From the NCBI GenBank assembly GCA_013265495.1, contig MU058584.1:1586616-1650615 (forward strand): a stretch of 64,000 nt of DNA, written 5' to 3'. The stretch is from Vicugna vicugna. Its lineage: Eukaryota. Positions 22,979 to 35,715 of this stretch are shown piece by piece. Made by a program: the position numbers and the translations under genes. Every line of letters begins with the position of its first letter. Position 1 is the stretch's first letter. Under the pieces are notes generated by a model that saw only the letters and a program-made list of their open reading frames with translations, was not told the origin of the DNA and ran no database searches.

Positions 22979-25194
22979 AAAGTTTCACTATATGCAAATA
23001 TATGTGGATATAGATGATGCATTTATTATTTTAAATCCTACTGGGAGTCTTCTAATTTTCTGCCTGCCCTCTCTCTCTTTTTTCACCTTTCTATTCATCT
23101 GTTGCTTGTTTTTGTTTTTTTTTTTTCTCTTTCCTCCCTCCAGTCTGTTTATGCATTCAGAGAAGAGTCTTCTGGGAAAATAATGGAAGGGAAAAGCTTG
23201 TGATTTATCATTACACTATAATGGGTGCCCTGCTTCCGCTGAAGGAGGTCAGCCTCTCTTAGAGATACCACAGTCCCTCCTTATTAATGTTCTGTTCCCA
23301 CTAATGGCTCAGGGTAGGGCAGCCAGGTCTTACAAGGAAGGCATTTAAGAGGAGCACTTTGTTTAATGGAAGCTGGGGTGTTTTACGGGGACACACATAG
23401 CACCAAGCTCTCTGGTGAGAGTGACACATTCACAGATAAAGTACACCCTTTCCCCACCTCAGGCAGAAAAAAAAAAGCATGGGCTTTAAAAAAAATCTAT
23501 GTGGCCTTTTCCCTCGCTCCAATATTCAGTTGTCTCCATGACTTTCTGATTCTTAATCTGAAATACCTCTACAATTATTTCTCCTTTCCATTTTCACCAG
23601 CCTTCATCATTTCAGGCTCTCCATTATCTCTCTTTTGCCTTTTAATAAAATGCTTCCTCTGGTCTACCCTACTGCCAGTTCCTAAGTTACTAGTTTCATC
23701 ACATCCCTGCCATATTTAAACCCTTTAAAATTACAACACACAGTTCAATTTCTTTAGCTGGAATCCTTTCCAGTCTTGCTCCAGTCCTCACCTTCCTAAG
23801 CTACAATTGCCCTGAACTACCTGTTACCTCTTAGAATTGGAGCCCAGGAGATTAGAGCTTGATTGAAGTGTGTGAAGGAGGATAATCTGAAAGAATTCAG
23901 GTTTAATTGGGTAAAGTGGCAAAGAATACTAGAATACTAGCTGGTCCTTTTTGGATGCTTTTTTAAGTGATGTGGAAGCATAGAGTACTTCAGAGCACAC
24001 TCATCTTTACGTTTCTACCCTTGGCACAGTGATTGGTTTGTGATGAGCATTAAAAATATATATAGTGAATGACTGAGTGGATTAGAGTCAGTGGAATTCC
24101 ACGGTGAATAAGAATAAGAAAAGAATTGTGTATGGAGCCTTAATTTCAAAGTATAGAGCCAAGGAATATGTACTTATTTTTCATCTCAATCCTAGGTAAC
24201 ATGTCTAACAAGCTTCAGAGATTGATGCCAGTGACACTGTCCATTTAATATCATGCAAGTTCATCCTAGTAATTCTCTTTACTATGAATGATGCATTATG
24301 GCTGCAAACTGTGTAAAACTTCACATAGTGATGTTTGTGATAGGATGTGATTTATTATCACTTTCCAGAAGTGGGTATAAACAGGCAGAGGCTTGCCAAG
24401 GTCACAAAGGAGCTGTGACGGTGTTTAGAGACAGGAAGTGATGCACCATTTTTGAGTTTTTTTCCCCCCAGTTATCAACCTTAAATGCTGCAATCAGTTG
24501 AATCACCTCCGTTGCTGTCTTAATTGACTGCTAAGCAGATAAAGAACATCGGTGCTTTTGTTTTCAGACTTGTGTTTATTATCACATAGGTCTGGCCTAT
24601 TATTTAGTGACTACTGGCTGGCTCTCAAATCAGTGCTGTGAATGCATTTAAAATTCAACTGGCTCGAATTACTGAAAACACTCTGAACATCCATTATGTG
24701 CAGATTAGTCAAATAAATGGTACCAAATACACAAGAGAATATTATGCAGCTATTAAAAAGAATTAGGAGTTAAGTTAGGAAAGCCACATTTTAAAGAAGG
24801 CAAATTTCAGAATATTTTTACTGATGATTCTTCTGTGTAATTTTTTTACAACTGCTTTTACAGCCTCTTCCCAACCCCCCACTCCAAAAAATTCTAGAAA
24901 GCTAGATAAAAAGTTGTTAATCTGTACCTCTGGGGAACAGCTGGTTATGGAAGATTATTTCCATTTTCATTTCCAAACATGAATAAGCTAATTTTATGTT
25001 GAAAATATTAATTTAAAATAATAAATGAATATAAAATATTCATTAAAAAGCCCCATAGTGAAACTGAATTTAAGCCTGGAAAATGTGAAACTGTCTTTGC
25101 CTGCATTTGACCATCATGGTATTGGTGGGCATAGATAAAGAGAGTGATTTGTCATATGATCCGTCAAGGAATCCTAAGGAAGATTTATCAGTTG

Positions 25195-25255
25195 ATCTAT
25201 CTATCTATCTATCGATCGATCTATCAATCACCTACCTATGTATCTATCTAATCTA
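25195..25255. repeat. Degenerate (TCTA)n / GATA tetranucleotide repeat
   Basis: atctatctatctatctatcgatcgatctatc read directly. Confidence 0.85.
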
Positions 25256-26857
25256 CATAGACATTATTTTACCATGTGATTGGAATATGCTCCATCCATT
25301 CAGGATTTTTGTTTGCCCTCTTCTTCCATTTCTAACACTGCCTGCTTTTTCTTCCTTTTTCTTTTTCTACTCTCTCCTCCAGGATATTTCCACCAGTGAT
25401 GCTTCGCAGTCGTACTCGCTGTACTGAGTGGAGAAGATTCTGCAGCAGCTCTTGCAGCGAGGGAAGTACAAGGGGGTTGACCTCTGGCTGAGGCCTCGCA
25501 CAGGTGCGCTGGCCCATGCGCTCCAAGCCGGACAGTGACAGCACCAAGAGCAGATGCAGGCACGCACTTGGGAGTCACGGCAACTGGATGCGTTTTAGAT
25601 CCACTCCAATTCTGGTGTTGATGATTCTCTAAGGACTACACTTACCAAGGGTGGAATTGTTAGTGAAGGAAAGATGGACATTTTTCCCAACATGGAAAAG
25701 AGAATTTGCTCATGAAAATACCTCTTGTGACTGGGGAATGTTTAAGGGAATTATGCCTCAGCCTGTCTGGCTCGTCAGTAACAATTAAGTACAAGTCCCA
25801 TTATTTATTAGCTTTCCCCAGGCCCACAAAGGATTTCAGGTTATGCGTCATCCTCTTTCTTGCATTCCTACATGATGGGGAAAAACCTCTACTTCACTGA
25901 ATAGATAGGAGCCAGGCTGGGTTTATGTTACATCTTTCAATTTTTTTTTGGCGGGGGTGGGGTGGGGGGATGTTTACAGACACAAAGCTGTATTCTAACT
26001 CACTTTTTAAAATAAGAAAGAAATTAATTTTAACAGACTATTGCTATATAAGGAAAAACATGATTTAATCTTTTTCTTGATTTAATACGGATTTTTAATT
26101 CCATGTAGTATCGCTTACTGAATGTGAAGGCTAAATTCATCTATTACTTTCCAATCAGTTATCATCTCATCACTGAATAGAACAAAATTAATTGGACACT
26201 ATTAAATAATTTATTCAATCATTGTGTAGTTGCCAAACAAGGATAAACTATTCAAGTCTTCTTTGTATGTAATTAATAATTGTATACAGCAGAAAATAAT
26301 TTGACATCATTAAGCAATTACCATTTAATTATTTCAGTTAGCAAAATCCATTAAATGCCATTCAATCAATTTTCTATAATTATGTTATTACCTAAATTAT
26401 ATTTAATTCACCTTAAAAATCAAGATAAATTTGAAAAATCACAGTTTTCCCAGCATAATTTTAAGAAAATCAGATAGTTCAATATGTTAAAATTTTTTTT
26501 TAAAGATGGGAATTTCAAATAAGGTAAAATTTGACAGGTTTTTAAAAAATTGCAATTTCTGATGGATCTATGTCACTATTCACTTTTCCTGCCAAATTAC
26601 TACCACAATAAAATTATTAAGTCTTCTATGGTACTGTTTACACATTTTTAAAAATTATTAACTTGAGCCAATTTCAATTAAACTTTTCCAACTTTGATCT
26701 CTTCCATCTCTGCCACTCATAGAATTTGTCTTTTACTGTAGATTTTGGCACAATTACATTCAATCTAGTATTTTATTATATAGTATATTATTGCTCTGTA
26801 GTTTTCTCATGTATACAAACACTTTCTTCCATCAAAATGTTAACTTCCTTAAGGGCA

Positions 26858-26863
<6 letters not shown>

Positions 26864-26893
<30 letters not shown>
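26864..26893. repeat. (TG)15 microsatellite
   Basis: Read directly. Confidence 0.95.
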
Positions 26894-26897
<4 letters not shown>

Positions 26898-29224
26898 TTC
26901 TCCGTTTAACAGACTATTGCATGTATGGTGGGAACTGAATTTAATGGAAACAAAATAAATGGGTTGACTATTGGCATGGAGTATTGACCAAGGCTTATGA
27001 AGTTCTCTCTGTAGAGGTTGCAAGATTTAAACAATTTTAATGATCCCATGATAAGGTTTAAAAAACCAACTGTATTCCATTTTCTGGATTAGTTGTACAA
27101 TCAGATCTCTGCCTCCCAGGTCTGTTTTATTTATTAAGAAAAAAGTGATTAGAAATTTAAAATAGACAATGCTGTCATTTCAGTCCCTTGAAAGGACATA
27201 TAAATGGCTTAGAGTCAGATATAATCAAATAAACAACTCAGAAAAGAATGACCAAGTTATGATTCTTTTGGTTGAGTTGAATAGACATGACCTGTCTTGG
27301 ACATTGCCCTTTTTAATTCTTCCAATGATTTTACTTTTAAATATTATTTTCGAAGTCCTCCAATCTGATCTTACCTCTACTTCAGGTCCAGAAGTCCAAA
27401 TTCTACTTTTGTTTTTTGAGGACCCAACTCAAATATTTGGTTCTTGTGAGGTTTTCCCAACCTGCCTCAGATATATTTTTCATCTCCACTCTAGAGGAGA
27501 TCACTTTGTGTCACTCTCTACTGAAGCACTGATGACTTGGAAGGGCGATTGGTAAGATGCCTGTATCTTCTTTTGCTTCTTAAATCCAAGCTCTTTCAGA
27601 AGAACAGCCACTTTTCATTTCACTCAAGGCATGAACAAAGTAAAGGCTTGGTATTTGCAGGAATGAATACAAATAACACCTGAAAGACGGAAAGCAGTAA
27701 ATGTAGAGAAGCAACTACACCTTGCGGTACATGCTGGACTCTCATCTCAGCCTCTTATTGGCTACTCTCTCATTTATACATAATGACAGAAATGGGAGTA
27801 GGGATGGAAGTGGGATCCAGTAAAGCAAAGCACTGTGTCTTACAGCATCCTTTCCCATCGCCCACTCTCTTCACTGCTCTCCTCATACTCCGGTTGTCAC
27901 AGCCAATCTACTCAGCTCTGATCCTAGCTCTGCTGCCCTGGAGTCCATCACCTTGAATTTCACAACCCCTCTGGCTTTTCCCAACACTCCGCCCACCCCA
28001 ATTTGATGGAGTCAAGTATAGAACTTTTCCACAGCTGTGCAGATCTGAAGGGTGCCAGTGGTCCTGCCTGTTTCAATCTGAAAACTTTTTTTTCTCTTTC
28101 AATACATGTGTTGACTTGTCAACATTGATGGGGTTGGTTTGCTTCCTGTTTCTCATTCAGCTAGCCAGCAGCCAAATAAGTGAGTTGTTAGCTGTAGGCT
28201 AGTTCCTCTTGCCATTTCTAACACTGCTGTAATGTACTGTGGTTGCAACGGAAGGCAAAACTCAGTGATTAGTTAAAAAAAAATGAGATAAAATTCTCTC
28301 TACCCCACTTAATTTTCCTTTCCAACTTGAAAGGAAAGGAGGCTTCACCCTATTTGCATTTTAAATTCAAAATGTGTATTTAAAGCACTTAACAGGGTCC
28401 TTTGCATGTTGACAGCTTCCTTTCTAACTTATCCTAGACTGGGCTGGGTAATGTGTTGCGTCTTAATTTGCAGAATATGTGCACTGGCATAATGTTTAAT
28501 TAGGCTGCGGTGTCAACTTTAAATCTAACACCATCAGCATCTAATGAAACACCAGAAGCACTTGGCTCCTGCATGACAGATCTCTTGCAAGAAATCCACT
28601 TCTTCAGACTGAATCACAAATAGAAAGTGGGGGCAGGGAGGGAAGCCAGTTTCATAGATGAAAGATTCCTTCGGCCATAGTCACAAGACAGAAGAAAACG
28701 GACTGGTGGTGACTATTAAGAGAAATCAGATGCATCTTCCCTGGTGTAATTAGTAGACTTCTGAACAGATGGGTATAGATTAAATTTATGCATATAAAAT
28801 TATTTTCTCATTGGCTAACAACGTGATTTCAGGTGGGCTTCATTTTTACTTTTATTTTCATTTGAATTTAGGGACTATGATAAGAACTGATTTGGAACAC
28901 AGGAGGTTGAGACACAATCTTTGCCTTCAAGAAGGCCACAGCCTGCGAAGTTGGGGTAAGACAGATGCAAAACAATAAAGGGAAATTTACCAGCTGCAGA
29001 CCTTGGGGAAGGTCCTTAATGTTCATTAACCTCATTTTCCTTTTCAATACAGTGTTACGAATACTAATATCAACCCTGAAGCATTGCCAGGCAGATAAAT
29101 AATTGTATGTAAATGCTATACTTAATTCAGTGCCTAGAACATAGTAAGTGCTGGATATATTTCAGATATTATAATTTACCTAGTGCTAATTTTTAGGAGA
29201 GTAAAAGTGGATGGAATCAGTTTA

Positions 29225-29669
29225 TATACATCTCTTATTGATGCTGAACAAATTACAACATACGTGGTGGCTTAAAGCAACATGAAATTACCCTGTCCTT
29301 CTGGAGTCCAGAATCCAAAGTCAGTTTCCCTGGGCAAAAGTCGAGGTTTTGGCAGGTTCTTTCTTGAGGCTCTAGGGGAAGTCTGTTTCCTTGCCTTTTC
29401 TAGGATCTGAAAGCCACCTGCATTCCTTGGATCCTGGTCTCTTCCTTGTATCACACCAAGCTTCTATTGTCATCATATCTCCTACTGCCTTTTAAAGCCA
29501 TTTACCCCTATTATTCAGGGTCCATCCAAATCATCCAGGAGAATGTGTCCATCTCAAAATCCTTCACTTAGTCACACTTGAAAATCCCTTTCACAATAGA
29601 AGAGGACATTTCACAGGTTTCAGGGATCGGTTCCGGGACATCTTTGGGACTATGATTCAGTCTACCACA
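29225..29669 (-). mobile_element. MaLR LTR, MLT1B/C/D-like
   Basis: aaattacaaca...tggcttaaagcaaca...gaggctctaggggaa...ttccttgccttttctag, ending tcagtctaccaca (reverse complement of the TGTGGTAG start). Confidence 0.8.
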
Positions 29670-30369
29670 TAGATTTTGGAGGAAGATTCATTGGGAGCCA
29701 GTGTGCAGAATACTTTCTCTTCACATATGGAACCTACTCAATATCATATAATTTCTTAGGAGGCTCCAGGTGCCCTGGTCCTTTCATGGTAGTTAATTTC
29801 CTAAAGATAAAGTTCACTTCTGTCCTAGAGAAATGATTGGAGCAAACAGAAGTTCATAGACCTTATCTATCACCCAGTGTGAGCGCAGTGAGCAGGAACG
29901 CCTTTGGCACAGGTTGGTTCTGGTTTTATATGATCGAAATGACATCATCAGTATCCTTTGGAAAGAACAGAGATAATTCACGGGACTCTTGGTGTTGCTC
30001 CAGCAATTCGGTGTCTACTGGTACAACTTACATCTTTAACTCCTAGATCTTTGATCTTTAGAGAGCTGAGAGGCCCAAGGATTATGAAGTTTAATTTTCT
30101 TCCTTATCTTTGGGCTCCATCCAAAGCAGCTGAAATTCTCTTTCTTCTTAAGTTGTCCCATTTTAGGTATGGCATGCACTTTTACGCAAGAGTGATTTAT
30201 TTGGATGGAGGTAGCTTTTCCCACTTAATTCATGGGAGATCTTCTCCTTCCTGCACCAGAGAAGATTCATTGCTGGATTTCACATGTGAAATACAGTTTA
30301 CTAATCTCTGTTCTATAAACGAGCTGCTGACTATAAATGCCTTCAAGGCCCTTGGGTGACAAGGAGGGG

Positions 30370-30530
30370 GCTTTATCTCATCTTATCCTTGCAACAGCTG
30401 CATAAGGTAACTATCATTATGATCCCATTTTACAGATAAGGACATGGAGGCTCAGAGAAGTTAAGTGATTTATGCAAGTCTACATCATTGAAAAATAGGA
30501 ACTTGAATCTAGGTTGTTCACCTTTGGGGC
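30370..30530 (-). mobile_element. MIR SINE
   Basis: cccattttacagataaggacatggaggctcagagaagttaagtgattt is the reverse MIR core. Confidence 0.8.
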
Positions 30531-30866
30531 TACGCCTTATATATCTTATATATTTAAACACTCAAAGGTCACTTTTTTTTCCCCCAAGAGTTTGAGAATC
30601 AGGATATAGTATTTAAATTCTGATGTAGGTATGTATTTAAACATGCTTCAAGAAAGCTAACAAATCGACTTAATATTGGGAAAAGAGTGGCATACTGACT
30701 AATGTGTCTCCAGCAGCCTGGGGAACTATTCAGATATCAAACGCAACTACCATCAGCTGGTAAAATGATAACTCTCCCAGTCCTCCAGGGGGCCCTGCAG
30801 CAGCAGTCAGGCCTGGGACACTTTTGCCAGCTGCTTTGGGGTGGTTCTTGTTTTTGGTAAGCGTGG

Positions 30867-30932
30867 GCATGCGCGTGCGGGCGCATGGATGGACATACAC
30901 ACACACACATACACACACACACACGCACGTGC
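30867..30932. repeat. Alternating purine-pyrimidine tract, (CA)n with GC/CG flanks
   Basis: gcatgcgcgtgcg...acatacacacacacacatacacacacacacacgcacgtgc read directly. Confidence 0.9.
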
Positions 30933-31336
30933 CCTCTGTTCAGTTTCTGCCTGGTTCTTAGTGTTCTCGTGCACCGTGCCACAGGGCTCACCCTAAATGT
31001 TCAGCCCATCTGCTCAGGGAAGGATGCCTTCACCACAATTATCTAATCATATTACAGCAAATATCATGAATGACAAGGGTGAGGCTGCTCAAAGTGAAAA
31101 GAAATAGGAAGGTTCAGCATAGACCTGGTGCTGAATAAGGGTCTTCAATTTAAAATACACAGTTATATTTTGGGGAGGCAATAGAAGAATAATTTTTTAA
31201 AAATCAGTATATAAACTGACCTGACGTCCCAGTTTGTTGGAGGAAAATCTTGGTTCCAAAAAACATTGCACAAGATAAGCAGATGTCATGGAGAACAACC
31301 ATGGCTATGCGGTAGCCTCCTGGATTATGCCAAAGC

Positions 31337-31522
31337 ATGGGTTGCAAACTGGTGACCCACTTATATATTCTGTCCAATACTACCCAGTGTTTTTAAAACT
31401 AAATTTGAATGTCTTTAGACAGGACATGCTTTCTGTTTGCCAGTAGCCTCACCCCATTATACCAGCTCTCCCCCACAGGTTGCTTGCCTGTCTGGAACCT
31501 GGATGCGTGTGTTTGCAACTGT
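31337..31522. mobile_element. hAT-Charlie MITE (MER112/MER117-like, uncertain)
   Basis: Inverted ends gggttgcaaact and gtttgcaactg, about 185 bp apart. Confidence 0.45.
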
Positions 31523-31678
31523 AACTCCAATCTATACTATATCTTCTCTTGCCTGTTATTTATAATCTCTTCACTTTGATAGCTTCTGTGATCATTCCCA
31601 ACTCACACCGGGGAGGCCAGACTGGTTAAAGTCACCCTCCGCTCTCTCAGCTGCAAGGGATTCACACAGTACGTCAGG

Positions 31679-31854
31679 CAGGACTGACTACGTAATTTGC
31701 AGGGGCTAGGGTGAAATGAAAACATGGGATTCCTTTTAAAAAATTATTAAGAATTTCAAGACAGCGACAGCAGAGCATCCAATGTAATAGTGGGCCCTTC
31801 TAAGGATGGGACAGTAAGCAACTGCCCATGTCGGAAGCGCGCAAAGCTGTCTTG
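31679..31854 (-). mobile_element. MER45A (hAT-Tip100 MITE)
   Basis: caggactgactacgtaatttgcagggg...aaattattaagaatttcaagacagcgacagcagagcat matches reversed MER45A. Confidence 0.8.
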
Positions 31855-32794
31855 TTACCCAAGGCTGAGAGGATGTCCTTCATCTACATCCCAAGTCAGG
31901 AAATAAGACGGACTCCTGAAAATTGAAAATACAATAGTAGAAGTAGAAATTTACCAGGAGAGCTGGAAGATAAAATTGAGAGAATTTTCAGTAAACTGCA
32001 TTTCCAGATCTTTACGTGCCAGGTTCTCATTGATTACCTCGCAAAGTCTAGTTGTTTTTTGTTTTTTGTTTTTTTGTTTTTCTGCAATGTTCTCTTTTAA
32101 TAAAATTTCAGAGAATTCTCACTTGGGCCTATAGGATTAATCCATATATATCATTGTCACTTTCCAGTTTTTCCACATGTCTCCAGAAAAAGACCTCAGT
32201 CTTCATCCTTTTCATTTCCCTTTAAAATGAATCCAATTCAGTGGAGGGAAAAGGAATACAACTCACATATAGTAAGAACTTGTGTGTCAGCAGTTCCTCT
32301 GAACTAGTGCTGGTCCTCATAATCTTTCTGATCTGTAGTTGCCTCGCTTCAATTATCTGTGCTGCTTAACAAAACCTGTGCTTACCAGGGCTAGAACACT
32401 CTGTATACCCTTTGTGAATGTATGCATGTAAAATAAACCACAAACGGCCCTCAATCAGAATATAATCTTACTCATTTCCAATGAACGGAAGTCCCAGGAG
32501 AGCAAAGACTTTTGTTCTAGTATCTAGAAAAACATGTGATACACACTAGGTGCTCACTAAATATTTATTAAGCAAATGAATGAGCGCTATGAAATGAATG
32601 AGAAAGACCTTAGTTAGAGGAAGAAATCATCTTCCTGATATAGAAATCGGTCCCTTCCTCACTGGGCACATACCTGTTATTTTCATGGTAGCTGGACGTG
32701 GTACCAATGGAAAAGTAAACAGAATTGCTAACATGGGCACTAAAATTATTATGATCATGGTCAGATACAGAGTGGTCAGCCACGTGATTTTCAC

Positions 32795-32937
32795 TAGGAG
32801 GACCATAATTTGGGATCCTAACCGGCACACTTTTGTGAGTGAAAGGAAGGGGATAAAAATAATTCTCAGGCAGTAATTTACATACAATGATCTTAAACCA
32901 TGAATGCTCCATGCGACCAAGACATATGGTCACCTCT
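32795..32937. mobile_element. MER81-like hAT-Blackjack MITE
   Basis: taggaggaccataattt...cacacttttgtgagtgaaagg...acatatggtcacct, with TAGGGTGACC-like inverted ends. Confidence 0.6.
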
Positions 32938-35569
32938 TAAGTTATCCTTATATTGATCATTTTTAGATCAACATCAAAATGATAACAGAAAACAATTTAA
33001 AAATTCTTGTAGAAAATTATTTCTTGTGGATAATCTACATTTGGCAAAGAGTATTATAAAGGCTATTCCAGCATTAAAAAAAAAATTGGATGAGAAAACC
33101 TCTCTGAGATTTAATTATCCTGTGAGTGAAAAATAGGGGAAAAGTCTAACTTTAGAAGCACGATTTTCAGACAGCATACACTTAGCCATGATACGGTGTT
33201 CACTATAACATTCTCCTTAATGCATCTAGTGGTTTGTATGAATAATTCCATGTCTGCATCTGGGGATTGGCCTGAGGGCAAGACCTTTTCCCTTTCCCCT
33301 GGCCCGTGATTCTCCACTATATATTTTTCTTTTCTCATGATCTTTCATCTTGTTTTATAAAGGATCCGTTTTCTCTCCCCCACCAAGCCCACTTCTGGCA
33401 TAAAGCTGGGACCATGGGGCAGCAGGAGGCCAGTACCTCCTAACAGGCTGGGTGAGAGGGCTGCCAGGTGATGAATGGATGCATGTGGAGCAAGGTAATA
33501 AACCAGCACCCCAGTCATGTAATCTTCCATTAAAATGAAATGCATACCAGGCATGCGGCGTTTCCGCGGCTCCTACCCTCTCCCATAGAAGATCATGAAT
33601 AAAAGAGGGAAGTGTACTGCTGACAGATGCCAGTGCGCATAAAGGACACTTCCTATAAAGGAAAAGCTCCGGCTAACAGATGGACTAAAGATGTGAGATG
33701 CAGAAAGATTTACCAATCTAAATAATTCAAGGCAATGTCGTATGGCAAGCTAGCGCTTTTCAGAGGGAGCCAGCAGAAGGTGCAGATGGAAAGGCAGGCC
33801 AAGCCTTTCCCATAAACCCATTAAGAACAGTCCTTGTCTGAGCGACAGTATGTCGCAGAAGGCCCGGGGAGAGGCCGGCAAATGAGAAATTTGCTTCTAG
33901 AGTTCGTCCCGCAAGGTCAAGAGCATATTTAATAGTGAAGGTTGGCGGCACTTAATGAGAGGGGAAAAGGGGGTGTTACAGGTTTCGTTCACTGCTACTC
34001 CTCCTGCTGTCTTCAAAGCTCCTCCATCCTGAGTTCTTTGTCTTGTCAGTGCTGAAATGATGGAAGGTGAAGATGCCCAAAGCCCTTGCGAGAGGTCCAG
34101 CAAGGCTCCGCCTGCTTCCCGCTTAGATGGTCAGATGCACACGCGGGGCCCAAAAGCTGAACTCTAAGTAGCAACAGTGCTTCTATAAATGTTTCTCAGA
34201 AACACATGACTCTTCCCTCTCCCCAGGCCCTGTTGATACTTGCTGTCTGACTACTCATGAAATGTTCACTCCTGTGTTATCACACATTGTTGGGTTTATT
34301 TTCATGTACTTGACCTGTCTTCCAGGCTGCATTATGCTCAACTGGAAAAAAAAAAAAAAGAAATCTTCCTCTCCACTAAGACTTGCTCTGAATTGGTAAC
34401 TAATAAGTATTTCTTGATACTGAAACCCTTTCAACAGAAAGGAGTCTTTGCTTAAGCGCCCCCACACCCTGCACAGCTGTGCCACATGTTAGCATCTCAG
34501 GCAAGAGGAAGCATGATGGGAACATCTTAGGTGCACTGGACAGGAGAGCTGGCTGAAACCTTGGTTAGCTGGGCAACCCCGTGGCAAGACAAAGTCTTCA
34601 TCCCTTAACTGTAAAACAAACAACAAAGCGATTTCTGAGCCCCTTTCTAGCTCCAGTACTCAGTTATACCAGGATCGAATAGACTATATGGCAATGTTTG
34701 AATCAGTAGCTCACGAACTTTCCTCCAATAACCATTGTTGTACTGTGAAAAGTACTGTGTTTATCTGTACACTCCAATGTGGAAAACCTAAACACCACGA
34801 TGAAAAATATTCTTCTTGTAATTTATTTTGAGTTAATAAAAGAGTGCTTTTTATTTTGAGGCTGTGTTTATTTTTTATTTTTTTGGATTTTATTATGTCC
34901 TTATATGAAATGAAATAGATAGTAAGATAGTAGATGTTACTTTGTTTAAAACCTGTATTGTGAAAAAAGAAAAGCTGGTGGCCCTCTGTCTGTTTTTCCT
35001 ACCCACCTATGCACAGATATTTTCTACCTAGTTGCTTTAATTTTATAGGTTATAAAATTTCAGAGTCCTAGAACCATGCATATAAGCCAAGAAAGAAGAC
35101 AAGGGTTCCTTTTCTTCCAACAAGGTATCATTCATGCTTACAGCGTATAGCCTTTGAGAAATAAATATTGATTTTATGGGGTTTTGTGAGTGTCGTTTGC
35201 CAATTCCCAAAAGTCATGTTTTCAAAAAGCCATGCAAAAAGCCAAATTGTTCCCAGTGAGTTCTGTTTCCCATTTCCCTAAATTATCAATCCGAAGACTC
35301 TTTTCTTTTTCTGATTAATTTTCACCTGCCAGCAGCTGCCCATACTCCTCTCCCCTCAGCTCTGACAATTGCATCAGTTAATAATCTAAAACCTGTCAAA
35401 AGCCTCAAGGAAATCAACTCAGGAAAGGCGCTCTGAGGTAGATCCTTCTGTAAAGCAAAGAATCCTTTAAACTCATCTTTCATTTGTCCGTTTGTTTATA
35501 AATACCAACTATCTTGTAGAAAGCTCCGTTGTCTTGGATGATATTAGAAATCTGTTGTCAGTTTGCCTG

Positions 35570-35715
35570 TTTTTTTTTTTAATTGAAGTACAGTCAGTTA
35601 TTTACAATGTGTCAATTTCTGGTGTACAGTGTCACATCCCAGTCATGCATATGTGTGTGTGTATATATATATATGTTGTTTTCATATTCTTTTTCATTAA
35701 TGGTTGTTATAAGAT
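35570..35715 (-). mobile_element. Lineage-specific L1, 5'-truncated 3' end
   Basis: Poly-T followed by aattgaagtacagtcag...tttctggtgtacag. Perfect 10-bp TSD agtttgcctg at 35560-35569 and 35716-35725. Confidence 0.85.

Noticed and set aside
32598..32933. Three overlapping ORFs on both strands
   Set aside because: They partly overlap a MER81-like MITE and an L2 tail, and show no protein motif.
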